From assembly GCA_046116545.1 (NCBI GenBank), contig CP175956.1, positions 897,734 to 961,733 on the forward strand: 64,000 bases of DNA, read 5' to 3'. The notes under the pieces are model-generated. The model searched no databases. It was not told the DNA's origin and saw only the letters and a program-made list of their open reading frames with translations. Origin of the DNA: Candidatus Moraniibacteriota bacterium (GTDB taxonomy: Bacteria; Patescibacteriota; Minisyncoccia; Moranbacterales; GCA-2747515). The translations under genes and the position numbers were made by a program. This document shows, piece after piece, positions 49,104 to 59,599 of the stretch; position 1 is the first letter of the stretch, and each line of letters starts with the position of its first letter.

Positions 49104-52091
49104 TTAATCTTTTTTCAGAATTTTCAATAATCTTATATACTCATCTAATGATTTATCTCCATATTTTCTTTTTATTTCTCTTTCCAGAAATTCCCCCGAC
49201 AAAATATCTTGAGCAAATACATTTATATCTTCACTTAACTGTCTTACATCATCATCCCCCACTGAGACAATCTCTCTTTCATATTCTCCAGTTTGTGGAT
49301 GTGGCTCTATAAAGTCTAATGTTCCACTTGTCATCACAAACTCTCCCTCATTATACGAATTCAATAACAATTTATAAAATTTTACTTGTCTATTTAATGA
49401 TTCTTTTTTTTCTTTTGCAAGTCTACTCCATGGTTTACCAGTTTTATAATCTACCACTGCTATCGTACCATCTTCTAACTTTTCCATTTTATCAACAGCA
49501 CCCGTTAACAAAATTTGCTCTCCACTTTCCAAATCAAATGGTACAGCTTTTATTTTCTTCTCCACTATTACATTCACATTAAAAGCATCTTTATAAAAAT
49601 CATAATAACCATTTAGTGCATCAAGACCCCTTTTTTCTATTGAGTCATAGTACTCAGCAGGGATTTGCATCGTCTGAAGTGAACTATTAAATGCATCAAT
49701 TAACACCTCTTTTGGCAACACAACACCCTCATCATTAGAAGCAACAAAAAACTTTTCTAATGCTTCATGTAATAAACTTCCATATAAAAGTGTTTTATTT
49801 TGTACACTGGGAAGTCTCACTAGATTTCTAAAAAAATATAAAAGAGGTGATTCAAAATAATTATTTAAAGCAGTTGCTGATAATTGTGTTGATAGGAATT
49901 TATCTTTTATATATTCAAGTGATACAAGTGAAGATATATTTTTAATTCGCGGAGCAAAAAATACTTCTGTTGTTTTGATAGTGTCCTGCTCAATATCAAT
50001 CAAGTTTGCATTTATATCTGAAATAAACAATGATGGCATTTTTTCTTTACCACTTACGTCATAATCTGCATAAGAAATGGTAAGTGATTTTTTTGCTCGT
50101 GTTATTGCCACATAAAATAATCTTCTCTCATCTTCCATGTCTCCAGAAACAACATTTATTGGCAACTTGAATTTTTGACTATTCCGCTTACCTCCCCAGA
50201 GCCCATTTACCGCATTTGTAATATAAACATGTTCAAATTCAAGTCCTTTAGATCCATGCGCAGTCATAAGATTCACTCCATCCATATCAGAGCTTTTAAC
50301 TACATTCATTGATAAATTATATTCATCAAATGTTTTCAAATGCATTATAAAATCACTCAATTTATAGTTATTTTTCTCCAATACACTTTCTCGCACCTCA
50401 TCAAAAATTCTTTCTACTTTTTTCAATAAAGCTATATGGTCATCCTGTGCAAGAACTTTATCCAAAAAACCACTCTCTGTAGTAAATTGTTCAAAAAATT
50501 CCAAAAAATTCATATCTTGAACTTTTTCCAATTGACCTTCTAAAAATTTTACGAATTCTTTAATCTCACCAATATTCTGAACTCCACAATTCTTTAATCT
50601 TTTTTCATCTTGCAATAATTGATATAAGGACATCTTTCTTGATACTGTCTTGTATTCATCTAAAATTATTAATGCATCGTTTATTTTAACTGGTGTTAAA
50701 TCTATCAAAATTGCTTTTGACATCAATTCACTATCCATCGGATTATTCACGACTCCAAGTAATAACAATAATTTTTGCATCTGTACATCATCCAAGATAT
50801 TTTGTCTTGATGCAACTACAAATGGTAATCCTTCCTTTTCAAAAACTTCCTTTATAAAATCCAAATTACTATGCTCCCTATAAAAAACAGCAATATCATT
50901 TACATCAACACCAGATTTTAATTTCTGTTTAATATCACTAGCCAAATTCACTAATTCATCTCTATAAGTTTTAAAATGATTAACTGATATTTCTGCTTCA
51001 TCCTTTTTCCATGCTTCAAGTTCTGTGTGCTTTTTATCACTATCCCCAGCTGAAATAAGCGTGTGTGCATGATCGAGTATCCCCTGTGCACTTCTGTAAT
51101 TATTTTCCAAATTAATTACAGTTGCATTTTCAAACTTACTTTCAAAATGGATGAAATTATCAACACTAGCACCCTGAAATCTATAAATAGCTTGTTTATC
51201 ATCACCTACAGTAAACAAATTAGGCTCATCTCCCAAATATAAGGATGACGTCAATACCTCTATTATTCTATTTTGCCCATCATTAGTATCTTGATGTTCA
51301 TCCACAAGAAGATATTGATATTGTTCTCTCAATATTGAACCCAATTCCTCATCTTTTTCAGCCACTTGCACAAACTGCATTATCATATCTGTAAAATCAT
51401 ACAACTTTTTTTCCTTTAACTGCTCCTGATACAATTCATATACAACTTGAAGTTCCTTGTTTTTTTCTACTGGCTTCAAAACATTTGGTTTCAAATCACC
51501 TTTTTTATTCTTTTTTGTGTCTCTCTTATAATAAGAATCCTCATCAGCAATAATACCCTTGCCTTGCAATTCAATTTTATTTACAAAATCTTCTGGTGAA
51601 ACACTCTCTCTTTTAAGATTATCTATTGCATACAATATGTCTTTTATATAATGAAAGTCACTTGCAAATGTTGTAAGAATCTCAAAATCATTTTCTGCTA
51701 AAATCTTCTCTACAATATGAATTTTTTCTACATCAGTAGCAACTCGCGAATATATAATTGACGGAAAATAATCCGGATAACGACTGATTTGTTCTTCACA
51801 AAAACTATGAAACGTATAAATATTTGTCCTGTAGGCTTCTTCTGGACCAATAAATGTCGCCAATCTCTCACGCATAGCAACCACACCAGCATTCGTAAAC
51901 GTAAGCGCTAAAATATTCTCGGGATCAATACCAGCACCAGATTCTTTCAAAATATTTGCAATACGCAAAGTCAATATTTGAGTTTTCCCAGTACCCGGAC
52001 CAGCTACAACAATAACGGGGCCTTCAATAGTATCCACAGCCAATCTCTGCGCATCATTTAACATTTCATATTGTTCTTGAAAATCACTCAT
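49104..52091 (-). CDS. UvrD/PcrA-type helicase fused to a C-terminal RecB-family (PD-(D/E)xK) nuclease (AddA-like)
   Basis: AGPGTGKT Walker A and helicase motifs. The C-terminus carries ...GAVDKMEKLEDGTIAVVDYKTGK nuclease motifs and a QhxxY-like LHEALEKF. Confidence 0.8.
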   Translation of the reverse strand: MSDFQEQYEMLNDAQRLAVDTIEGPVIVVAGPGTGKTQILTLRIANILKESGAGIDPENILALTFTNAGVVAMRERLATFIGPEEAYRTNIYTFHSFCEEQISRYPDYFPSIIYSRVATDVEKIHIVEKILAENDFEILTTFASDFHYIKDILYAIDNLKRESVSPEDFVNKIELQGKGIIADEDSYYKRDTKKNKKGDLKPNVLKPVEKNKELQVVYELYQEQLKEKKLYDFTDMIMQFVQVAEKDEELGSILREQYQYLLVDEHQDTNDGQNRIIEVLTSSLYLGDEPNLFTVGDDKQAIYRFQGASVDNFIHFESKFENATVINLENNYRSAQGILDHAHTLISAGDSDKKHTELEAWKKDEAEISVNHFKTYRDELVNLASDIKQKLKSGVDVNDIAVFYREHSNLDFIKEVFEKEGLPFVVASRQNILDDVQMQKLLLLLGVVNNPMDSELMSKAILIDLTPVKINDALIILDEYKTVSRKMSLYQLLQDEKRLKNCGVQNIGEIKEFVKFLEGQLEKVQDMNFLEFFEQFTTESGFLDKVLAQDDHIALLKKVERIFDEVRESVLEKNNYKLSDFIMHLKTFDEYNLSMNVVKSSDMDGVNLMTAHGSKGLEFEHVYITNAVNGLWGGKRNSQKFKLPINVVSGDMEDERRLFYVAITRAKKSLTISYADYDVSGKEKMPSLFISDINANLIDIEQDTIKTTEVFFAPRIKNISSLVSLEYIKDKFLSTQLSATALNNYFESPLLYFFRNLVRLPSVQNKTLLYGSLLHEALEKFFVASNDEGVVLPKEVLIDAFNSSLQTMQIPAEYYDSIEKRGLDALNGYYDFYKDAFNVNVIVEKKIKAVPFDLESGEQILLTGAVDKMEKLEDGTIAVVDYKTGKPWSRLAKEKKESLNRQVKFYKLLLNSYNEGEFVMTSGTLDFIEPHPQTGEYEREIVSVGDDDVRQLSEDINVFAQDILSGEFLEREIKRKYGDKSLDEYIRLLKILKKD

Positions 52092-52209
52092 AAAATATAC
52101 GTATCTGTCATTCCCACGAAGGTGGAAAGCTAGGACAATTTTAATTAAATTAAATACTCTGAATTTCTACTTATGCAAACAAGACTAATGCAATAAAACA
52201 ACCACTTTT

Positions 52210-52467
52210 TCATTTCACTTCTTCAAAATCAACATCTTTGATTTTTTCTTTACTTTTATCTTTTTTATCTACTTCTCTATTGAAGAAATGGGCAAAATCA
52301 ATTCCAAAGTATGCAAGAGATGCTAAAAGCAATGCCGTAGCACCAGCCTCATCCAAATTTCCTATTACAGGCATAGCATCTGGCAAAAGTTCAAATACCC
52401 CAAATGTAGGATTAAGTAAATATATAAAAGCAACTATACCAGTAATTACAACAAAAACACTTTTCAT
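52210..52467 (-). CDS. DUF1232 (YkvA-like) small membrane protein
   Basis: LPDAMPVIGNLDEAG motif and two TM helices. Confidence 0.5.
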   Translation of the reverse strand: MKSVFVVITGIVAFIYLLNPTFGVFELLPDAMPVIGNLDEAGATALLLASLAYFGIDFAHFFNREVDKKDKSKEKIKDVDFEEVK

Positions 52468-52579
52468 AAATTTAAAATATTATTTGACTAATATCTCAAT
52501 AATACACCACTCATATCACGAAATCAAAAAATCAAAAATCCGTTTGTAAAATATCCCAACAAAAGATATAATACAAACC

Positions 52580-54328
52580 ATGAATAACATAAAAAAGTCT
52601 GACAAATTAATATTACAATCAATACTCATTTTGGTGATTTCTCTTGCATGGATAACATTTCTTTCAGCTTTGCTTGGTATTTTTTATGGAACCTTTATTT
52701 GGGGATTTTTTGCATTACTTACTATATTTTTTTATAAACAAAAAATTATAACATTTAGCAAACCTTCTCAAAACTTCTTGACTTATATACTTATTTCACT
52801 AAGCTTTGCTCTTCTTATTGCTTTTTTTACTACCCCTTCTATATTTTCTGGTAGAGACCAAGGCTCATTATCTGATGCTGCCATATTACTTTCTGAACAT
52901 CATAATTTAATATCTCACTCAACACAAAGTGACATATTTTTTAATATAAATGAAAAAGGAAAGGCTCTTAATTTTCCAGGATTTTTTTATACAATTGATG
53001 GTGGGCTTATTACACAATTTCCAATTCCCTATATAGCATTCATCAGTGTATTTTTCGGTACATTCGGCACAGCTGGTTTTGTCGTAGCTAATGCAATATT
53101 ATTGTTTACCTTCATCTTAGCAATTACTGGCGTTACTGCTTTTTACATGAATCGAAACTACACATTAATATTTTTAATAACTCTTTTATCATCATTCTCT
53201 ATAGGATGGTTTGCGAAGTATACTTTGAGTGAAAATATCGCAAGCGCATTGATTTGGAGTTCTCTATTTCTATATATATTTCTCAAAGAGTCAAAAAATC
53301 AAATTACCTATTTTGCACTGATTTCAATGATTTCTCTATTACTGTTCACAAGAATTGAAGGGATTTGGTTTTTTGTTATTTTTAGTTTTTTACTACTAAA
53401 AAATAAGAACTCCAAAAAATTTATAGGAAAAGACTTATGGTGGCGAGCGATATTTCCAGTAACAACGCTTTTTGTTATTTTTTGTACTGTACTTATAGTA
53501 AATAATCCCTTTTATATAACAATGATAAAAGCGTTCTTGAATTCTGGAACAGGATCTTCTGGAATAACACTATTTGATAAAATATCTTACAATTTTTACA
53601 TTTATTCAATTTATGGATTAATTCTTCCGCTATTCTTTACATTAATTGCAAGTATTATTTCATTCAAACAAAAAAGAATGAGACTCGCATTACTACCCAT
53701 AGCTATAATGTTTCCACTTTTTCTATATTATCTTTTTCCTCAAATAAGTGGTGATCATCCTTGGATGCTTCGCAGATTTGTATCAGCGCTTTTACCAGCA
53801 ACTATTTTAATAAGCATTTTATTATCATATTACATAAAACCCAAAAATATATATTATAAAATTTTTAAATATGCAATCCCTGTTGTAATAATATTAGCTA
53901 ACATTCCATCTCTTATTTTATTTTTAACTTATTCAGAAAACATTAACTTGCAATCCCAAATACATGATATATCACAAAATTTTAGAGAAAATGATTTAGT
54001 CCTAGTAGATGGAACTGCAACTGGAGACGGATGGTCAATGATGACCTCTCAATTAAATAATTTGGAAAATAAAAATGCTGTTTATTTTTTCAACATTGCA
54101 GACTTAGACAAATTAGATTTAACAGCTTACGAGAAAGTATTCTTAATAACTCCCAATACTAATAAAGAATTCTATAGTAAAATTAACAATAGATTTAGTT
54201 ATGTAAATAAATACACGCTCACGACACAAAGACTACTAACTCCTGATAAAAAAATATTTCCACATAAATTTCCAAAAAAAGAAAATGAAAATATATACGG
54301 AACTATTTATGAAATAAACTTAAACTAA
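52580..54328 (+). CDS. Polytopic membrane protein, GT-C-fold glycosyltransferase-like
   Basis: More than 12 TM helices, an early loop motif SGRDQGS, and a C-terminal soluble domain. Confidence 0.45.
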   Translation: MNNIKKSDKLILQSILILVISLAWITFLSALLGIFYGTFIWGFFALLTIFFYKQKIITFSKPSQNFLTYILISLSFALLIAFFTTPSIFSGRDQGSLSDAAILLSEHHNLISHSTQSDIFFNINEKGKALNFPGFFYTIDGGLITQFPIPYIAFISVFFGTFGTAGFVVANAILLFTFILAITGVTAFYMNRNYTLIFLITLLSSFSIGWFAKYTLSENIASALIWSSLFLYIFLKESKNQITYFALISMISLLLFTRIEGIWFFVIFSFLLLKNKNSKKFIGKDLWWRAIFPVTTLFVIFCTVLIVNNPFYITMIKAFLNSGTGSSGITLFDKISYNFYIYSIYGLILPLFFTLIASIISFKQKRMRLALLPIAIMFPLFLYYLFPQISGDHPWMLRRFVSALLPATILISILLSYYIKPKNIYYKIFKYAIPVVIILANIPSLILFLTYSENINLQSQIHDISQNFRENDLVLVDGTATGDGWSMMTSQLNNLENKNAVYFFNIADLDKLDLTAYEKVFLITPNTNKEFYSKINNRFSYVNKYTLTTQRLLTPDKKIFPHKFPKKENENIYGTIYEINLN

Positions 54329-55419
54329 TGTTTGATATTACAAAATACATACAATTAGATACACACAAACAACAAAAGATATATTTCATACTACGAATTT
54401 CAATATTTGCAGGATTCTTATTATTATTTCTTATACTATCAAAAGAAATGATTTTTCCTACTTATAAATTTAATTTCAATGCTGCAATAGATTCACTTGC
54501 TAACACTATTTCACGTCCATACGAAACTGAAAATGGGACTAGTTTTCATTTGTCCAGCAGCACGCAATTAGATGCTATCAAAGTTACATTAACTCTTCCA
54601 AAAGACTTGGATAAACTTCCAAAAAATACATCACTATTTGTAAAAAAATCATACCTATCTTTTTTGACACCCATCAACAAAGAAAAATATAATTATACCT
54701 ATAAAACATATGACCTGACAGATGAATGGTTCATAAATAAAGATGCTTCCATTTATAAATTTATAAGTAAAAATACTTTTGACTCTTATTTATTTAAAGA
54801 CAATACATCTTTTTCTAGTAAAACAATAATTGATAATTTATCGAATATAGATAAGACTACTGGATTTTCTTCAGCAACACTTATTTCTTCAGATGATAGT
54901 GTATTTGTAATAGTTGGTGATAAAAAACATCCAATTCATGATGAAGCCACATTTAAATTATTTGGATATAATTTTGATAATGTTATAAAATCAACTAGCG
55001 AAGAACGGGCTCTTTATACAAAAGGAAAATTATTTACTACTTCTAGTGCACATCCATCAGGAACTATTTTTTATGCTGAAGATACTGACAGAACTTTTAT
55101 ATTTGATAATTCATTATTGAATAAAATTCAAACAACTGATATATCGTCACAACATTCGATAGTTGTACAAGAGCAATCACGTACAACTTCTGACTCTTGT
55201 GTATTACAAAAAACATTACTTCCTAGACAATATTCTTGCACAATACAATTAGATAACACCTCCGATTTTAATGGTAACATTTATCAATTTACATTAAACG
55301 ACTCCCCTAATACAAAAATAGAATTAGCTGAAATTAAATTACATACAAAAGTAAGTGAACAATCCCTAGTTGATAGAATTGTTTCTCTTAAGAAAAAAAT
55401 TGGTTTACATTATAATTAA
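54328..55419 (+). CDS. N-terminally anchored extracytoplasmic protein (hypothetical)
   Basis: A single N-terminal TM helix. Its start overlaps the stop of the upstream gene. Confidence 0.4.
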   Translation: MFDITKYIQLDTHKQQKIYFILRISIFAGFLLLFLILSKEMIFPTYKFNFNAAIDSLANTISRPYETENGTSFHLSSSTQLDAIKVTLTLPKDLDKLPKNTSLFVKKSYLSFLTPINKEKYNYTYKTYDLTDEWFINKDASIYKFISKNTFDSYLFKDNTSFSSKTIIDNLSNIDKTTGFSSATLISSDDSVFVIVGDKKHPIHDEATFKLFGYNFDNVIKSTSEERALYTKGKLFTTSSAHPSGTIFYAEDTDRTFIFDNSLLNKIQTTDISSQHSIVVQEQSRTTSDSCVLQKTLLPRQYSCTIQLDNTSDFNGNIYQFTLNDSPNTKIELAEIKLHTKVSEQSLVDRIVSLKKKIGLHYN

Positions 55420-55423
55420 CTAT

Positions 55424-55813
55424 ATGAATTATTTTAAAAAAATACACACAAGTACTATAACTTACAAAATACTCATTGATATTTTTTTTGTAATGACAGC
55501 TTTTACTTTTTTATTTTTACTTACTGAATCAATAATACCTGGGATACTAAGTGCACAAATTTCAACATTTCTTTTATTTTCTTTAATGTTTTTACTCGTT
55601 ACAACAATTTCACTTATATCCAGAAAACAAAATATATTCACAAAAACAAAAAAAACCAATACTTTTCTACTAATCATTACACTAATAATATTTGCACTAC
55701 TCATTGCACTTACTTGCATTGGGTATGGTCTAATTTATGGAATCATCATCTCAGCATTATCTATTATAATATTCTTATTGATAAGTTCGGAATTAATAAA
55801 ACACTTCAAATAA
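55424..55813 (+). CDS. Small polytopic membrane protein (hypothetical)
   Basis: The start is taken at ATG 55424 (MNYFKKIHTST...); four hydrophobic helices. Confidence 0.4.
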   Translation: MNYFKKIHTSTITYKILIDIFFVMTAFTFLFLLTESIIPGILSAQISTFLLFSLMFLLVTTISLISRKQNIFTKTKKTNTFLLIITLIIFALLIALTCIGYGLIYGIIISALSIIIFLLISSELIKHFK

Positions 55814-55838
55814 TATTGAATACCCACCTTTTAAAGAC

Positions 55839-55880
55839 ATTATAACATTTGTCATCTCGAGCGTAGTGATAACGAAGTCG
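55839..55880. repeat. Second copy of the 41-nt palindromic repeat
   Basis: TGTCATCTCGAGCGTAGTGATAACGAAGTCGAGAGATCTCAA; 39 of 41 nt identical to the reverse complement of 14832-14872. Confidence 0.6.
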
Positions 55881-55965
55881 AGAGATCTCAAAACTTTAGA
55901 CTTGTGAACTTTTTTTCACTAGTATTCAATTTGGAATAATTAATTTCTATGTAAAGCCTCCCAAT

Positions 55966-57741
55966 TTACTTTCGTAAAACTTGTAACGTTCTCCTAGTAC
56001 AATTATCCCAACTAAATTTATCAACTCTTCCATCAGCACCTTTTCTTAATCGTTCTCGCAGATCCTCATTTGAAAATATTTCATTAATACTCTCAGCACA
56101 TTGCACACTATCTCCAGCATTAAAATACAAAGCATTTTCACCAAGGATTTCTGGAATGCTCGAATTTTTCGTTGATACTACAGGAAGTCCAACTGCACAA
56201 GCTTCTAATACAGGTAATCCAAATCCTTCATACTTTGATGCAAAAACAAACACACTAGCATTTTGCATCAAAACTTTCACTTCCTCAAAATCAATATTTC
56301 CCGTAAATAGTATGTCATTGCTATATTTACACTTCTCTGCATATGCATGTATGTCTTCACTCATCCATCCATCCCCACCAACTAATACTAACTTCAATAT
56401 TTTATTTTTTTCCTTAACAATATTAAATGAATCTATTATTGTTTTGATATCTTTACGAGGTTGAATCGCTCCAACATGCATTAAAAACTCACAATTCAAT
56501 AAATCATATTTACCTAAAATCTTATCAATAACTTCTTTTTCATATTCTTTCCGCCATTGATCTTTGTCTATTCCATGATGCACAACTGTAATTTTGTCAG
56601 ACTTTATACTTGGATAAAATTTTAATATATCATTTCTAGTGGCCTTTGATACAGCAATTATGCTATCAGAATTTTTTACTGCATAATCAGTTTGAATATT
56701 AAGCCTTCTTAAATCTTTTTTTAGAAATGTATTTGGAAATATTTTAAATGCAAGATCATGAATTGTTACAACTACTTTAGTTTTTTTACTCCGAACCCTA
56801 CATACATTATGAAGCGGCATCCATACAACATCAGGATTTTTTATAAGAATTTCAAAAGCAAACATCGTTTGTGTCCACATTGGAATATTCTTCAACTTCT
56901 TAATAATATAATTCGTATATTTTTTTGGACTTAATTTATTATTAAATTTATTTTTGTGATAAATATAAAACTTATCCTCCTTTGCTTTTTCACCAAACCT
57001 ATCTAAAACTTCTTTCAAATATACACGTGTTCCATCTATTCTACTTTCATCTAACTCAGAAGCATGTACAGCTATATCCATGCAGAATTCATCAATACTG
57101 TTGCTTGATTCTAAAGTAAAATCTCCAACTCTAGTGCGTTGTAATCCACCAAGATAAGCACCTGTGCTTAAATATTTACCAATATCTCTAGCTAGTGTCC
57201 TTATATAAGTTCCCTTTCCACACACAACACTAATTCTTAAATTTGGATATTTATATTCTAATATTTTAATATTTCTTATTTCAACTACCCGTTCTTTCAT
57301 TTCAACAGTCTCTCCACGACGAGCCTTTTTATAAGCTTCTTCCCCATCTATTTTTATAGCACTATAAGCAGATGGTATTTGTGTTATATTTCCAACAAAT
57401 TCATCAATGCATTTTTTTACCTCTTCCTCATTTGGCTGTATATCCTTATTTATAACTTTTTTCTCACCCTCAGCATCATCAGTACTGCTATTCTCTCCCA
57501 AAATAATATCAGCAATGTATTCTTTTTCAGCTTTTACAATGATATCTATTTTCCTAGTATATTCACGTCCAACTGCCATCACCAAAACACCACTAGCCAA
57601 CGGGTCTAATGTTCCAGCATGTCCAACTTTAATTTTTTTATTTCCAGTCTTTCGCCTAGCCCAATACTTCACTATCTGCACAGCTCTCTGTGAAGTAATT
57701 CCAACTGGCTTATCAACTGCAAAAATACCCTTTACCTTCAT
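55966..57741 (-). CDS. truB: Fusion protein: tRNA pseudouridine55 synthase TruB catalytic domain plus GT4-family glycosyltransferase
   Basis: Residues 1-225 carry GHAGTLDP (catalytic Asp) and GTYIRTL. Residues about 290-591 have the Glyco_trans_4/GT1 pattern (...IHDLAF..., EGFGLPVLEA). The frame is continuous with no intervening stop. Confidence 0.7.
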   Translation of the reverse strand: MKVKGIFAVDKPVGITSQRAVQIVKYWARRKTGNKKIKVGHAGTLDPLASGVLVMAVGREYTRKIDIIVKAEKEYIADIILGENSSTDDAEGEKKVINKDIQPNEEEVKKCIDEFVGNITQIPSAYSAIKIDGEEAYKKARRGETVEMKERVVEIRNIKILEYKYPNLRISVVCGKGTYIRTLARDIGKYLSTGAYLGGLQRTRVGDFTLESSNSIDEFCMDIAVHASELDESRIDGTRVYLKEVLDRFGEKAKEDKFYIYHKNKFNNKLSPKKYTNYIIKKLKNIPMWTQTMFAFEILIKNPDVVWMPLHNVCRVRSKKTKVVVTIHDLAFKIFPNTFLKKDLRRLNIQTDYAVKNSDSIIAVSKATRNDILKFYPSIKSDKITVVHHGIDKDQWRKEYEKEVIDKILGKYDLLNCEFLMHVGAIQPRKDIKTIIDSFNIVKEKNKILKLVLVGGDGWMSEDIHAYAEKCKYSNDILFTGNIDFEEVKVLMQNASVFVFASKYEGFGLPVLEACAVGLPVVSTKNSSIPEILGENALYFNAGDSVQCAESINEIFSNEDLRERLRKGADGRVDKFSWDNCTRRTLQVLRK

Positions 57742-57747
57742 ATAATT

Positions 57748-58287
57748 TTAAAATATGAACCAATGTAATTTTTCCATAAGCAAAAAAATAGAACTAGCCA
57801 TTACTCCAAACAAAAAGAAATATCTTGACCACGCAAGCATTCTACGTTTTGGAGTATAATAATGTTTTGATAAATTAAATGCTTCCAGTGAATGTTGCTT
57901 CAACAATTCGTCCTCATCTTTTATCATCTTTTTTAACGTAATTGCATATTCATCAGCTGATTTAAACTTAGAAATTCTCGGTGCATGCAAAATACTTTCC
58001 TCATGACGATATCGCTTTGTTACAATCCTCGGCAACCGAATTGCAAGCATAGCAGCTATTACAGAGCATGCTGAAAATAAAGCTACAACACCCATCGTTA
58101 TTCTCAGAGAATCATTTTCAAACAATTTTGAAATTACAAAAATAAAAATACCTGTATTAATACCTATCATCACATTTGCATGTGTATCAACTGTATGAGT
58201 TGCATCTATAATTTTCTGACTCAAACTCTCCAAGAAACTAATTGTTAATAATCTATCATTACAATCTTCAAAATTAACTTTTTTCAT
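57748..58287 (-). CDS. Hypothetical 3-TM membrane protein, operonic with truB-GT4
   Basis: 179 aa; it lies 7 nt upstream of the truB-GT4 start. Confidence 0.4.
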   Translation of the reverse strand: MKKVNFEDCNDRLLTISFLESLSQKIIDATHTVDTHANVMIGINTGIFIFVISKLFENDSLRITMGVVALFSACSVIAAMLAIRLPRIVTKRYRHEESILHAPRISKFKSADEYAITLKKMIKDEDELLKQHSLEAFNLSKHYYTPKRRMLAWSRYFFLFGVMASSIFLLMEKLHWFIF

Positions 58288-58502
58288 ACTATTATATTTA
58301 TTATTTAAATATATAACTTATTATACCACTAAAAATAAAATATCTACATTTAGATTTATATATTAAAACCAACTACATTATATCATTATTAATATCCTCA
58401 ATATGCCTATAAAAACCTAAAACCACATTAAAGCAAATACTCGTTAGTTAAAAAAATACAGCCATCAAGAGTATTACTCTCATGACTGTATAATCTATAA
58501 AC

Positions 58503-59177
58503 TTATGCCGTAACACATTGATTCATGTGCTTTGTCAAACGTTCTTTATGATCCTCAGTTGTTGCAACTAATTCATGAAACAAAATATTCCACTGTCTCG
58601 CTAATGGAATATAAATTTCAATTGTTTCATTGTTTTTACGCTCAATTTTTTCAATTTTACAACTCCACAGAGTTAATTGATTATGCCATCTGTCAGGAAG
58701 TTTAATTAGAAAAACTTCTACCAATTCAACATATCTAAGATGATCATGATAAAATTTCAATTGTATTATTTTATCTCCTCCAAAATCAGCTCTTGGTCGT
58801 TTTGAAACATAATCTAATAACCATGCAACATTTGCACTGAATTCCAATTCAATGCGAGAAAGAGGCCACTCTGGACAATCTTCTGGTGTATCATGCAAAA
58901 GAGCTGCTGCCACTACCTCATGTGCTGGAATTATCAAAAACTTCAAATCAAAAATATTTAAATAATCCATCTGAATAATTGCAACGGCCCGAACATGCTC
59001 AAAATAACGTGTACCATCTTCACGTACAACATGACGAAAAGCATCTTTTGCAACATTATACGCTTTCTCAATAAATTGATATTCTTTTGAATATCTAGAA
59101 TACCGTAATTCAACACGGGCAAAAAATGTTGCTCGATTCTCACTTGCTGCAAGCATTTTCTTCATTTTCCTATTCAT
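58503..59177 (-). CDS. HD-domain protein, RelA/SpoT-type (p)ppGpp hydrolase-like
   Basis: HVRAVAII ... ALLHDTPED motifs. The start is placed at the ATG preceded by AAAGGAGGT (MNRKMKKM...). Confidence 0.55.
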   Translation of the reverse strand: MNRKMKKMLAASENRATFFARVELRYSRYSKEYQFIEKAYNVAKDAFRHVVREDGTRYFEHVRAVAIIQMDYLNIFDLKFLIIPAHEVVAAALLHDTPEDCPEWPLSRIELEFSANVAWLLDYVSKRPRADFGGDKIIQLKFYHDHLRYVELVEVFLIKLPDRWHNQLTLWSCKIEKIERKNNETIEIYIPLARQWNILFHELVATTEDHKERLTKHMNQCVTA

Positions 59178-59318
59178 CACACATACCTCCTTTTTATATT
59201 TTATTGTAAATAATACAAAATTAAAGATTACATTAGACATTACCATAAATCATAAATTCCGACAACCCTTGTTTTTCCCTATATATAATGTATAATATCC
59301 AAAAGCACGTTCTGATGC

Positions 59319-59390
59319 TGGGCTGTAGCCAAGCGGTAAGGCAGCGGATTCTGGTTCCGCTATGCGTAGGTTCGAATCCTACCAGCCCAA
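59319..59390 (+). tRNA. tRNA-Gln (anticodon CTG)
   Basis: U1:A72 acceptor pair (TGGGCTG/CAGCCCA), D-loop GCCAAGCGGTAAGGC, anticodon loop TTCTGGT. Confidence 0.8.
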
Positions 59391-59425
59391 CTAGAAAACA
59401 CCCCGATTTACCCCCCTTTACACAC

Positions 59426-59452
59426 AAAAAGCCCTTTAAATAGGGCTTTTTA
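59426..59452 (+). terminator. Terminator after tRNA-Gln
   Basis: AAGCCCT-ttaaat-AGGGCTT followed by TTTT; further hairpins lie at 59476-59515. Confidence 0.6.
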
Positions 59453-59599
59453 TTTGTTCGAAAACCCATCTTTTCGAGGACCCCTAGTAGTCCTCGAACC
59501 CTATATTTAGGGTATATTATTCAGACAATATGATTCCTACTACTCTGAAAACATACCCTTTAAACTTAGAGATTATTGATGCCTGCTCAAAAAATAAAT

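Noticed and set aside
59233-59469. 78-aa minus-strand ORF
   Set aside because: It overlaps tRNA-Gln and its terminator hairpins, and the peptide is low complexity. It is spurious.
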